Part shown: piece by piece, positions 1 to 14,569 of the stretch
Layout: each line of letters begins with the position of its first letter
Position numbering within the stretch: the first letter of the stretch is position 1
Assembly: GCA_050613775.1 (NCBI GenBank)
Contig: JBODTK010000109.1
Location: 496,001 to 550,612, forward strand
Reading direction: 5' to 3'
Origin: Neocallimastix sp. 'constans'
Taxonomy: Eukaryota
Length of the DNA: 54,612 bases
Notes under the pieces: model-generated
What the model saw: only the letters and a program-made list of their open reading frames with translations
Databases searched by the model: none
Told to the model about the DNA's origin: nothing
Made by a program: the position numbers and the translations under genes

Positions 1-76
1 ATTAATAATTTATATTTAATTAGTAATACACAAATTTATTAACATAAAAGTATAATCTATATTATATAATTCATAG

Positions 77-2017
77 CAAAGAAATGAAGTTCTTGAGCAA
101 TTAGAAAAATTAAATAAAGATAAAGAAATCTATAGTACTATTGTTAACAAATTAAAGAGCATTGGAGGTTAATTCTTAAAAATTTTACATAATTATAATA
201 TATATTTAATATATATTTATTTCTATAATTAACTGCATTATTATGGAATAAAATAGTTATTATTAATACTAATTTATTATATATTTAATTATTCATTTAT
301 TTAATTATTAATAGTTGAACTCGAAAGACCCGTTATTATTGGCTCTCTTCATAAAAAAGCAATTGCATTATATAACTTTACGGCGGAATCTGGTGATCAA
401 CTTTCATTTAAAGAAAATGACTCTATAACAGTTTTAGAGCAACAAGGAAATGGTTGGGTCAAGGTAAAATATTCTAAATATTTAATATAAACCCATGAAC
501 ATATAATATAAGAAATGATAAAAGTAGTATTATTAAAAGAAAAAAAAGACAAATAAAAAAGACATAATAATAATATATATAACTTATCCATATTATATAT
601 ATGTATATATATTAATATTTTTAAAGGCCCAAATTGGTCCAAAAATTGGTTTAGTTCCAGAAGAATATATTAAAATTATTGATTCGAGTAATAAATCTCT
701 AAATTCAACAAATTCAACAAATTCATTAAAACCAATAACAACGATTAAAAAGCAAGTTTCTAAAACTCCATCAAATATAAGTTTATCAAAATTAAATGTT
801 TCAAGCGGTATATTATAATTATAATCTTTTATTAATAAAGTAATAATAATAATAATAATTACTATTATATTAATTAATTATATAACACAATTATTTTACA
901 ATAGTGGTTGCTTTATTTGATTATAATGCATCTGACTCAACAGAATTAAGCTTTAAGACAGGTGATATTATTGAAATTATTAATACTGGAAATAATGATA
1001 AAGAAAAAATAGAAAATCAATGGTGGACTGGTAGAAACAAAACTACAAATAAAACTGGTCAATTCCCGGTAGTATTCACTAAAGGTTGGGATGGCTCTTC
1101 TAAATCTAAGGCTTCAAAGACTTCATCTTCACATCAAAAAGAAAAAGTTATGAAGGTTAAAGCGCTATATGATTATGAAGCTACTTGTGAAGGAGAATTA
1201 TCTATATCTGGTAATTATAATTTCAACATATTAAAATAATAAAATAATTTAATAAATATATTAATTTGAATAAATATAATATATATATATATATATTATT
1301 TTTTCTTTAATTTTTCTAATATAAAAATTAAAATAAAAAAGTTGGTGATATTATTACTGTAACAAATATCAATACTGGTAGTTCTTCATGGTATGAAACA
1401 TTATTTAATGAAACATAGTTAATAGTAGAAAAGTGTTAATATTAAAATATTAAAGTACTTTTAATTATATATATTATATATAATTAAAAATAATCATAGG
1501 TGGGAAGGTACAGGTCCAAAAGGTCACGGGCAATTCCCATCAATGTATGTTCAAGAACTAACCGGAAATTCAAAAACACTAAACTCAAAAGTAGAGAAAA
1601 AGGTATTGTATTATAATATATAATATATATTGTAATAGTTAAGAATTTATATTAATATAAATAACAAAATGTTTAATTTGATAATCAATAAAAAAAAAAA
1701 TTAATTAATTAATTAATAAATAAATAAATTAATAAATTAATAAATAGACCTGTAAAAAAGGTAAAATATTTTTATTTTTAAAATTTTAAAATAATAAATA
1801 TATTTTGAATCATTATTAAGTTATAATTCATAATTTTTGCTTATATATAGTAAGAGCCTTATATGATTACACAGCACAAAATCCAGATGAATTGTCATTT
1901 AAAGCATATGATATTATTGAAGTTACAGAAGATACCAATAATTCCAACGATTGGTGGATGGGAAGATTAAATTCCCAAGTTGGACTTTTCCCAAGAACTT
2001 ATATAGAAAAAATATAG
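77..2017 (+). CDS. Multi-SH3 adaptor protein (coiled-coil followed by four SH3 domains), 5'-partial. Exons approx. 77-167, 315-463, 627-807, 905-1210, 1342-1390, 1500-1602, 1748-1760, 1851-2017
   Basis: Spliced translation gives four SH3 motifs: ALYNFTAESGDQLSF...GWVK...GLVPEEY; ALFDYNASDSTELSF...WWTG...GQFPVVF; ALYDYEATCEGELSI...WWEG...GQFPSMY; ALYDYTAQNPDELSF...WWMG...GLFPRTY. GT-AG introns keep the frame; TAG at 2015-2017. Confidence 0.9.
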
Positions 2018-2744
2018 TTAAATATATAATAAATAAAAAAATAAATAAATATAAATAAAATTAAAATAAAATTAAAATAAAAAATTAAAATTTAAATAAA
2101 ATAAAATATAATAAATAAATAAATACCATATATTATAAATTATAATTTTTTAATTATAAAAAATAATTAATTAATAAGTTAATATTTATAATAGAATAAT
2201 TTTAATTATAGACTCTTCTAAAGTATTTGCCATTATAATCATTTCAAAGATAAAAATTTAAATCTTAAAAATGAAATAATAGTGCAATAAAAAAAATAAT
2301 ATGATAGATTATTATTAATAATTACTCAATTATAATAATAAAAAATTGAGATATTAATAAACTCGAATCCTATAATAAAATTTCAATAGCAATAACAAAT
2401 AATAAATATATAAATCATAATTTATCCAAATAATTATAATTTTTAAAACATTATAAAATTAAAGTCATTTAAAAAAATTAATAAATAAAAAATAATATAA
2501 AAAAAAAATAAAATAAAATAAAAATAAAAATAAGAATAAAGAATAAATTATATATATCTATAAAATAATTATTTTATTTCATGGTTATTGTTATGAATAA
2601 TTATCATTTATCTAATAATAAATCTATATTTATATAATATCTTTTTTTTTTTTTTTTTTCTTTTTTTAATTTCATTTTATTTTATTTGTTGAAATTTTGA
2701 CCAAATGTATTTATATATTATTCTAAATTAAAATTGAAACTATA

Positions 2745-2797
<53 letters not shown>

Positions 2798-2885
2798 AAA
2801 GATAATAAATAAGGTTTAAAAAAATTATTTTCAATTTATTATAATTTATAGTATTCTAATAAGAATTCATTCATTCATTATCCGC

Positions 2886-5800
2886 TTATTGTAATTTAGC
2901 AAAATCAGTAACACATAAGCCATACTGGAAGAGTTCCTCCATGGTAGACCATACATCTTCATGTTCCTTATTTACACGTTCTATATATGGACCGATAATA
3001 TCATAATTTTCAATTATTAATGAACTATGAATTTTTAATAAAACTGATAAAATGGCTTCAATTAATTCAAAGTTCTTGTGTTCTTTAAAGCAATATTCTA
3101 AACCTTCTAATAAACACTTAAATTCATACATATCGTCTTCTACACTCAGACAACGAAGTTCGAAATCAATTGCTGAAGGTGATAACTTCTTAACATGTTC
3201 AATGAATGGTCCATCTTTTAAATTAATAATGCAATAAGATATTTAAATATATATGTATGAATATTATATACAGATATATTAATATATTAAATTTTAAATT
3301 ATTAATAATAAAACTTTTAAATCCAAAATAAATCTAATTTTGAAAAGATATACATACAATTCTTATTTAATGTACAATCTTTAAGAATTTCAATAAATTC
3401 ACTTCCTGTTCTCATATCTAACGTTTGTTTTATTGGTTTTTCCTTTGGCTCTTCTTTTTCATTTGAAGCATCGAATTTTGGAATAGCACCACTTATAGTT
3501 GGTAAGAAGAACGGAGCCTTTTCTGGAGCTTTTGGAGCTTCTTTTGGCTTATTACGCTTCTTAATTTGAGCAAGATTTAATAAAGTCTTACATTGAGAAT
3601 TATTAACAGATGAAAGAGAAATTAAGGATTCATCATTTTTGCCTTCTTCAATTGCTATAATAAACATTTAAATAAGATAATAGTATAATAATAAAAAAAA
3701 ATCAATATATATTTTGTTATTTATAATTATTATTAGAAAATAAAATGGTATTATTTATATATAGTTTAATATATATTAATATTTTAAACATTATATATTT
3801 TTAATTATTTAATATATATACCATCTAAGTTTAATGATCCAATATTTCTATCATTTATTGCAAAGAAAGATATATCCATATATTGTGAACGATTAGACCA
3901 TAATGAAATACCGACAGAATCACCTTGAGTAGAAGCTAAAAAGTCACCTGTTGGGGAGAATGATATACTAGTAACAGGGGAAGATAAAACTAATACATCA
4001 ATTAAATTACCAGTTGGAATATCCCATGTTCTAATTGTACAATCATAGCTACTTGAAATTAACCAACGACCATCCGGACTGAAAGCCTAAATATTATATA
4101 TTTTATATTATTAATATTAAATTTATTATTGATTTTATTGATTATAAATAATATATATATATAATTAAAACTTACAAGGTCTGATATACGATTTTCATGT
4201 CCCCAGAATTCTCTTACATGTTTTTGAGTTTCCACATCAAATAATCTAATACATAAATCATCTGAAACTGCAGCTAATAAATTAGTAGAAGAGTGTAATA
4301 ATAAACGTGTTATTGCAGAATCAAATGTGAATTCTTTTATTAATTTTGAGGTCTTGAAATCATGAATCTTAAAATATTAAATAATAAGTAATAATAATAA
4401 TAATAATTAATAAACTATTTATTATAATTTAAATAATTAAGATAATTTCTAACTAGATTAGTATTAAATTATCTTATTTTTACCTTAATTGTTCCATCCA
4501 AAGAACTACTTATAATATATTTATTATATATATCCAAAACAATAGAGCTTACAACTTTTGAATGTGCTATTTTTTTTTTTTTTAAAGAAAAAAAATTATA
4601 TAATAATTATTATTAATTTTATTATATTAATACTTATATTACATTTATTATTATATTTATAATATTCACCTTTAAATGATTTTCTTAATATTCCAGATTG
4701 TACATTATATACATCAATATTTCCATTAGCTGTACCAAGGAAACCAAAATTACCACAATAACTTATGGCAACACACTATTTATATTTAAATATTTATTTT
4801 AATAAAAATAAAAAAAAAATTAAATAAAATAAATATTAATTATATAAACATTTATATTTAAATTTATTTACCTTCACTGCTGATTTATCTTTACTTGGTA
4901 AAACGTGATTACCAATGGCTTTTCTTTGAAAATTCCATAATTTAGCTTGATTATCATTCATATGACTAGTAATAATATTATCCCAATCTTTTCCTTTTTT
5001 TTCAACTTTTAAATTAATTTAAATAATAATAGTTTTACATTTTAATATAAAGATTAATAAATAATTTTTCAATTCACAATTTATCTAATTATACTTACTT
5101 AAATCAAATTGATTAATTTGCCTTAATTTTAAATCATCTATTACGTATGAATTTTCTTTTCTTTTTTTACCTTTTTTAAAAAATAAAAAATAAAAAAATA
5201 ATATAATATAATATAAAATAAAATAATAATAATTAATAATAATAATTAGTTTAATTTATTTTAATAATATATAATATATATAAATTTATTAGATTATAAA
5301 TTTATTAGATTATAAATTACCTTGTGAAAATTCTGTATTTTGAGAATCTCTAATAGTTGAGAACAATCTTAATGATCTATCTTTACCAGCACTAATAATC
5401 ATTCTTCCTTTACTATCATAGTATCTAATATATGTCGGTGGTGAATGATGACCATTTCTAAATTTTAACAATCTTGGAAGACCATCTGAACTATCGAATA
5501 ACCATTGCTATATTATTATGCAAATAAATTTAATCACATTAAATTTTATAATTATTATTATAATACATTTTTTAATTTTAATAATAATAAGATGAAAATC
5601 AATCAATAAGAAAATTTACCTTAACAGAATTATCTGAACCTGATGAAATTAAAAGAGCTTGATAATTTAAAAATTGTATAGATGATATACTACCATTATG
5701 GGCACCTTTCATAACGTGTATAATTCTTTGATCTAATAAATCCCATAAAGCAATATCACCTGTTGAATTTGCAGTTGCCATTACAGGTTCTTCATCTATC

Positions 5801-7190
5801 ATTAATATTTTAATATCATATTTTTTAATAATAGTTAATTGACATATTATTATTGTTGTTGTTGTTAATATATATATAAATAAATTTATATATATATAAT
5901 ATTACCAGTTCTGAAAGTTATTGAAGTAACCTTTCCTTCTTGTTGAACTTGAAAAATCTCTTCATCATATTTAATGTTATATAAAATAATCTTTCCATTG
6001 AGAAGACCGATAGCGACAGTATCTATTGCTGGCGATTGAACTAAACATGTAATTGGTGAGCCAAAACTCTTAAATTGAAAAATCAATTTCCTTTATAAAT
6101 TTTAAAAATTTATATTAATAATATTAAGTATAAACAATATAAATGATTATAAAGTTATATCTGATATTTTAAATATCTTAATTATTACTTTGTTCTTATA
6201 TTCCACAATTGCATTGTTCCTTGTATACTACCTAATAAAATTTTATTTAGATATGTACTTGGATGTAACATAGTAGTTACTTTGAACGAATCATTGAATT
6301 CAAGGGTTGTATATAATTCTTTATATATATAAATATTTAATATTCCATATTATATTTTTAAAATAATTAAAAAAATAAAATTTATAATTTACAATTATAT
6401 ATACCTTGTGTAAAATGATTCCAAATTTCAATTAAATTATCATTATATAAAGCGATTAATAATTGTGAACCAAAAGTAAGTAATGAATTAATTCTTCCAG
6501 AAATATCATTGCTTAATTTTCCAACCTATAATTAAATATAGTACATAAATCTCTATTTCTATCTACATTGTTTTTTATATATTCTAATATAAATTTATCA
6601 TTACCTCTTTAGCTCTCTTATATATAATAATATCTGATCCTGAAGCTGCAAAAGTATAATTTGAATATGCTGCAAGTGAACTTATTGGTTTTTCAGTTTT
6701 TGTACCTTTTTACATATTTTAAAATATCGAATTTATTAGAATTATAAAACTCAAATAAATTTATAAATATGAATTACTAAATTATTCATTATAATTACCA
6801 ACAAAAAGCAAATGCATTTTTTCACACTAAATTATATATACATAGTATAAATTATTAATTAAATTATATTTTTAATTGATTTATAAATTTTGAAAATGAC
6901 CAAAAAAAATATTTTTATATTAAACATTTTTATTGTTTAATTATTTAAATAATAATATATTTGAAAATTCTATATTTATGAATTTTTCTGAAATTATTTC
7001 ATTATAAAATTTTAAATATAATAAAATATAATTAATAAAAATTTAAGTTTTATATTACATCATATATTTGGAAAGAATTTCCAACACACGTTGTTATAAA
7101 AAATTGTTGTCCTCGATTTTGGATTACAAAAGGTACATCAGTTGTAACTTGTCCTAACTTTCTAAATGGAAAGTATAATTTGGAATCCAT
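2886..7190 (-). CDS. UTP21: U3 snoRNA-associated WD40 protein Utp21 (WDR36 homolog), multi-exon
   Basis: N-terminus MDSKLYFPFRKLGQVTTDVPF...TTCVGNSFQIYD; many WD40 repeats (AFSPDGRWLISSSYDCTIRTWD); C-terminal Utp21 domain RNKPKEAPKAPEKAPFFLPT and LSPSAIDFELRCL...NFELIEAILSVLLKIH. Confidence 0.93.
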
Positions 7191-7497
7191 AGTGAATTAT
7201 TTTTCTAAATTTAATTCAGAAATTGATGAAAAATTTATAATTATTATAATATTTTTCTAAATAATGCTATATGAATTATAGTGATTGTTTTTGTTATTAA
7301 TAAATAAATTTGAAGAATTATTTGTATTTTTATTATCAAAAAGAAAAGAAACAAAAAAGTACAAAATTTTATTTAATATTTAAATTCTTTTTGAAATTAT
7401 TAAAAGATTGTAATCAATTTGTATATACTTCAAACAAATTCAGTAAATTACAAATAATTCAAATATATATGTGTATATAATAATAATATAATTAATA

Positions 7498-7554
<57 letters not shown>

Positions 7555-9315
7555 AAAAATTAAAATGAAAAAATATTATTTGTTAAAAAAAATTATTTCA
7601 ATTTTTATATATTAATATATATTAAAATACAAATTTAAAATTCATTTGATTTTATTTTTATAAAAATAATTAAATTTGTAAAATATATTAAATATAATAA
7701 TATTCAATAATTATAGAAATATAGTTTAAGTTTTCTATAATATAAAATTATTTTTATAAAAAGATTAAGTATTTATTTCTAAGTTTTTATATTTTTAAAA
7801 AAAAAATTATAAATATTTTTTTCTATATTTTTATATCTAAATTATCAGTTTTAAAAAAAAATTTATAAAATTTTCTTTATATTTTTTATATTCGAATTGT
7901 TCAGTTCTAAAAAAAAATTATATATAATTTATAATTTTTTTAATATATTATAGAAATGATTTAATTTCCACCAATCATATATTTATATATTCAAAGTTGT
8001 TTTTATCCACAAAATGAATAATTTATAACAAAAATCATATTAATTATTATAATTAAGAAGTTTTTTATAATAAATTAATATAATCAAAAATTAATATTAT
8101 ATTTTATCAATTTATTTTTTAAGTTGCGATTATCATTATTAAAATATAAAAATACAAAGGAATGTTTTAGTATATCACTTAAATAAATGTTTTATGCATT
8201 GTTTTATATGTATGGAGTGTATATAAATTATTGAAATATTAAATTCGAATTTAAAAAGATTAAATAATAATGTCATATTTAAAAATTATAAGTTCTTATG
8301 TTTTAGATATATCTAGAGTATATTATAATAAGTAGTTTTAGTAATTATTACTACAAAGATAGTTATCTTTAATAAAAGATTATATAATAAATATGTTATT
8401 ACATAATTAAAAGATAAATGTAGATATTAGAATTTGTTTTAATTCAAATTTTAATATATAACAAAAACTAACAGATATTAAAAAAAATCCTAATCGTTAT
8501 TTTAAATCATTATATGATTACATGTAAAAAGATCGAAAGCGCTACATTTTAATTAAAGTCAATTTAAAAATATTTATGAACTAATCAAGTTTTATATACA
8601 TATTATATATGAATAATGAAAAGTGAATTGAATAAAGTATAAAAGTATAAATAATATGATATTTTTTTTTTTTGTTTGTTTTATATAATTAATTTATTTT
8701 TATATGATTAATTTCAAATAATAATAATAGCAAAAAAAAACGGTAATATTATAATTTGAATAATGCAATTAGTAATAAAATATAATCATAAATAAAATTG
8801 TTATATATTCAAAAAAAAAAAAATAAAACTTTGAAAGTACATTTCATATTAAAATAGAAATATATTGCATTATCCTTTAATTTTTTTTTTTCTTAAATCA
8901 GTTCAAATATTATTATAAATTTTTATAAATTGTTAAATAAAAAGAAATTCTAATGTAATTTTTATTTCTTGAATTGTCAAATTTAAAATTTTATATATAC
9001 TATTAAATTTTAAAAGTTGAACTATTAAAATTTTTTTAATTTCATTATTACTCTAATCTTTGAATAATGGTTAAAAAATAAGTTTTTTAGAAATTACATT
9101 TTAAAATACATTATTTCAAATACATTACGTTGTAGAGTAATTATTCTTTTTTTTTTTAAAAAATATATATTTAATAATTTAAAAAAATTTTAAAATGATT
9201 ACCCAATCAAATTTAATTATAGTTTTTTTTATTATAATAAAAATAAAGATATTTATATTCATAAATATATATTTTAATGGATATATAAATAATTAATATA
9301 AAATTAATATAAATA

Positions 9316-9375
<60 letters not shown>

Positions 9376-9714
9376 TTATTTATAAAAGAATTATTGAAAT
9401 TTTTAAATAATTTTTGAAATGCTAAAATAAAATAGAATATAGAATTTCAAATTATAATTTAAAAATATAAAAAATTAATATTATAGTACTATATATATAT
9501 TAGCACTTCAACAATTATATATATATTTATTATTTTTAACTAAAATTATTCAACCCATATTTATTTTAATTTTATATTTCTTTTAATATTACTTTTAAGT
9601 ATATTTAAAATAGTTTTTTTTTTTTTTTTTTGATAAATTTCATTTCGTAAAAATATTTCAGCTTTTTTTATTTATTTATTTCATTAAAAATTTAAAACAA
9701 TAAAATATAAAAAA

Positions 9715-12700
9715 ATGCCATCAACATTTCATACTTTAGAAAGAGAAAGAGAGTTTAAACATCCTTCCAAGACAGGAAGTAATGCTGAAGAATTACAAAA
9801 ATTATCAGAACCACATGTTGAAAGTTTCAATGCAATTTTTCATGTTGAAGGAAGTAAGGATGGGAAAGGTCTATTAGATCGTGCTGTTGATGATATTAGT
9901 CCATGTGTTATTTTCGATGGAAAAGGTTCAGATGGTTCAAAAGGAAATAAATTAAAATGTAAATAATTTTTTAACTTTAATATTATAAAATTATATTATA
10001 AAAGTAATATAAAATATATAACTGAATTGTACTTTCTGTAAAATATAATATATATATATTTATTTTTTTTTTTAAATAATACTGTAATTTTGATAATAAA
10101 ATAAATATATTATATATTAATAGTTTGGATTGAAGAAGTAAATGTTGGTAAACCTTCAGTTATGTGTGATGGTCATTCAAAGTTGTTATATCCATATGAA
10201 GTAAGATTATAATAAATATATTTTTTTATTATATTTTTTTATTGAATTCAATTAGAAATTCATATATTTCAGATATTAATTTAATTATTATATATAATAA
10301 GTGTCGTGAAAGAGGTATAACATACAAATCCAAGATGCAAGCTAAATTTTGTTGGACTGTCAATGATGGTCCAGAAAATAGTGAAATAAAGAATTTAGGT
10401 TATCTTCCTATTATGGTTAGAGTAAGTAAATTATATTTTTTGGATTTTTTTTTAAAAAAAAGACAATATAATAGAAATTAATAATCTTTTTATAAATAAA
10501 AAGTCTTCAAAATGTAATCTTTATGGATTATCATCTGCTGAATTAATTAAGAAAAGAGAAGATTCTGAAGAATTTGGAGGTTATTTCGTTATTAATGGTA
10601 TTGAACGTTTAATACGTCTTTTAATTATTCCACGTAGAAATAATCCAATTGCATTAGTTCGTTCAAGTTTCCAAAATCGTGGTCCAACATATACTCATTA
10701 TGGTGTTTCAATTCGTTGTGCTAGACCAGACCAAACATCACAGACTGTAACTATTCATTATTGTACTGATGGTAATGTTACGTTACGTTTTATTTATCGT
10801 AAACAAGAATATATGGTTCCGTTAATGCTAATTTTAAAGTCATTAGTTGAATGTAGTGATAAGGAAATATTCGAAAGAGTTATTATGGGTAATAGTGATC
10901 GTGAAGTTCAAGATACTTTTATTACTGATCGTATGGAGTTGCTTTTAAGAGATTTCAAGAAATTCAATCTATATAATCGTGAACAATGCCTTGCATATTT
11001 AGGTACGAAGTTCCATGTTATGATGGATTCCCCAGATGACATGAATGCTTTAGAAGTTGGTAAAGAATTCCTTAAGAGAGTTATTCTTGTTCATCTTAAT
11101 GACGATAGAGAAAAGTTCAATATTTTGATTTTTATGCTTCAAAAGTTATATGCACTTGTTGCTGGTAAATGTGTTCCAGATAATCCAGATTCACCAATGA
11201 ACCAAGAAGTTCTTTTAGGTGGTTTCTTATATTTAGCTCATATTAAAGAAAAATTGGTAGATATTCTTGCTGCTATTAAAGGTCAAATTAATCAAGATAT
11301 TCGTCGTGGTCTTGCATCTGTTGATTTCTTTAATCTTAAATATATCCAAAAGGTTACTTCTAAAGTAAATATGGATGTTGGTCGTAAAATGGAGTTTTTC
11401 CTTGCTACTGGTAATTTAATTACAAACACTGGTTTGGATTTGCAACAAGTATCAGGTTATACTGTTGTTGCTGAAAAATTAAATTACTATAGATACTTAT
11501 CTCACTTTAGATCTATTCATCGTGGTTCATTCTTCGCAGAATTAAAAACTACGTCTGTTAGAAAATTGCTTCCGGAAGCATGGGGTTTTCTTTGTCCTGT
11601 TCATACTCCAGATGGTGGTCCATGTGGTCTTTTAAATCATCTTAGTCATAAATGTAAAATTATTACTTCTGAATATGATATATCCCAATTACCAAAGCAT
11701 ATTATTAGTCTTGGGGTTTCTCCAATATATCTTAACCCAATTATTACTGAAAAACAAATTACTTTATCAGATGAAGATAAAACGAATGAAGATTTAATGG
11801 AACAAACTATTATGGTTATGGTCGATGGTAAGGTTATTGGTTGGTGTAGCGCTAAGAAGGCAAAAGAAGTTGCTGATACTCTTCGTTTCTGGAAGGTTAA
11901 TGGTCGTAACAACATTCCATTAGATATCGAGCTTGCTTTCATCCCACCTTCTCGTGGTGGTCAATATCCTGGTCTTTTCATTTTTACAACGATGTCAAGA
12001 ATGATGCGTCCAGTTAAGTATTTAGCTAATGGGAAGATGGATATGGTTGGTAGTTTAGAACAAGTTTACATGGAAATTGCTTGTTTGAATGAAGATATTG
12101 TACCAGGTGTTACTACTCATCAAGATTTCTCCCCAACAGATATTCTTAGTGTTATTGCTAATATGACACCATTCTCTGATTTCAACCAATCACCAAGAAA
12201 TCTTTATCAATGCCAAATGGGTAAGCAAACAATGGGTACACCTGCTCACAATCTTCCTAGTAGAACTGATAATAAGATGTACCGTTTACAAACTGGTCAA
12301 ACTCCAATTGTTAGACCAAAGATGCATGATAAATATAAATTAGATTATTATCCAAACGGTATGAATGCCGTTGTTGCTGTTATTTCTTATACTGGTTACG
12401 ATATGGAAGATGCTATGATTTTAAATAAATCTTCTGAAGAACGTGGTTTCGGTCATGGTATTATTTATAAGAGTCATTTTATTGATTTAACTGAAAAATG
12501 TCCAAAGGGAGAACCAAATGCTTGCTATTTCAAATTCCAACAATCAACCAGTAATTTACGTAATTTAGAAGAAATTGAAAAAGCTAAGCAAACCTTAGAT
12601 CAAGATGGTTTACCAATTGTTGGTGCTAAACTTACAACTGGTTGTGCTTTATATTCATACTTTGATGAAACTTCTGGTCAAACTAAGATTGTTAAATACA

Positions 12701-13888
12701 AAGAAATTGAAGATGGTTTTGTTCAAGAAGTTCGTGCATTAGGTGATGAATCTAATAACCGTGGTTTCCAAAAGGCTCAAATTAAGATTAGAATTACTCG
12801 TAGACCAATTATTGGTGATAAATTCTCATCAAGACATGGTCAAAAAGGTGTTTGTTCATTAAAATGGCCAATGATTGATATGCCATTCTCAGAATCAGGT
12901 ATTGTTCCAGATGTTATTATTAATCCACATGCTTTTCCATCTCGTATGACTATTGGTATGTTTGTTGAAAGTATGGCTGGTAAGAGTGGTGCACTTCATG
13001 GAATTGCTCAAGATGCAACACCATTCCAATTTTCTGAAGATCATCAAACTGCTGTTGATTACTTTGGTGAACAATTAAGAGCTGCTGGATATAACTACTA
13101 TGGTAATGAACCAATGTACAGTGGAATTACTGGTAAAGAATTCAAGGCTGATATTTATCTTGGCGTAAGTATTATTAAAGAAAGTTAAAAAAAAAATTTT
13201 TTTTTCTAAATATACAATTATTATGTATTAATAAAATAAAATATGAAAATTTTTAATTATTAATTGTTACTATTTTATGTATATATTTAAAAAAACATTT
13301 ATTTTTATAATTATTATATGATATTTATAGGTTGTATACTATCAACGTCTTCGTCACATGGTTTCAGACAAATACCAAGTTCGTACTACAGGTCCAGTAC
13401 ATAACTTAACTCAACAACCAGTTAAGGGTAGAAAGAGAGCCGGTGGTATTCGTTTTGGTGAAATGGAAAGAGATTCATTATTAGCTCACGGTGTTTCATA
13501 TACCCTTCAAGATAGATTAATGAATTGTTCTGATTATTCACAAGTAATATATATATACATACATAAATAAGCAATTCATTTTTAAATAATTATTAGAAAA
13601 TTTAAAAAATTTATTAAACCATTTTTTTTTTGTTTATACTTGTTTTTTGCTATTATTTGTAAAAAAAATAATATAAAATAGGCTTATGTTTGTAAAAAGT
13701 GTGGTTCTATATTATCTCCAATGGCTGTTCCAAATACTACTGTTGTACCATCAAAGAGAGAAAGTGTTGTTTGTGGTACATGTAATACTCATAAATACAT
13801 AGATTTAATATCTGTTCCATATGTATTTAGATACTTATGTACTGAATTGCTTTCAATGAAGATTAGATTGAAGTTAGAAATCAATTAA
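9715..13888 (+). CDS. RPA2: DNA-directed RNA polymerase I second-largest subunit (Rpa135/Rpa2). Exons 9715-9958, 10124-10200, 10302-10421, 10504-13164, 13331-13543, 13682-13888
   Basis: Pol I-type motifs [91 protein letters not shown], and a C-terminal CKKC...CGTC zinc ribbon. All introns are GT-AG and in frame. Confidence 0.97.
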
Positions 13889-14364
13889 ATTTAAATAAAT
13901 TAATTTATTAAAAGAAGAAAAAATTTTTTAAAAAATAATCATAATATTTATAAATTGTTTTAATCAAAACCTATTTTTTTTTTTTTTTTTTTTTTTTCAA
14001 CTTAATCATAAAAATTTTTTTATATTTAATTTTAACTACTAGAATTTATTAAAATTTTTGTAAAGGATATTAATAATAATATAATAATAATAGTAATAAA
14101 AAATTATTAGAATTTTATAGAATACCATATCATTGATAATTAATAATAAAAGCTTCTTAATATTTCAAAAAAAAAAAAAAAAAAAAATTTTTTTATTTAT
14201 TATTATGTTTTTAATTTTATTTAATTTCATTTAATTTCATTTATTTTTCTTACGTAATAAATTATATATATTTTAAATCAAATTTAAAAAGTATTTTAAA
14301 TAATTAAAAAGTGAAAAAAAAAAATTAATAAAAATTAAAAATTAAAATAGAATTAGATATGAAT

Positions 14365-14410
<46 letters not shown>

Positions 14411-14569
14411 GAAAAATGAAAATAATTAATAAAAGTGATAAATAAATTAATTGAAAATTATTGTGTCAATTAAAATTTTGAGTTTAATAATATATATCAT
14501 ATATAAAGAAACAATATAATAATATACATCATAATAATAAAAGAATAAATATTATTTTCATGTATTAAT

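Noticed and set aside
2886..13888. Intronic C/D-box snoRNAs in UTP21 or RPA2
   Set aside because: No convincing RUGAUGA...CUGA pairs with terminal stems were seen in the introns inspected.
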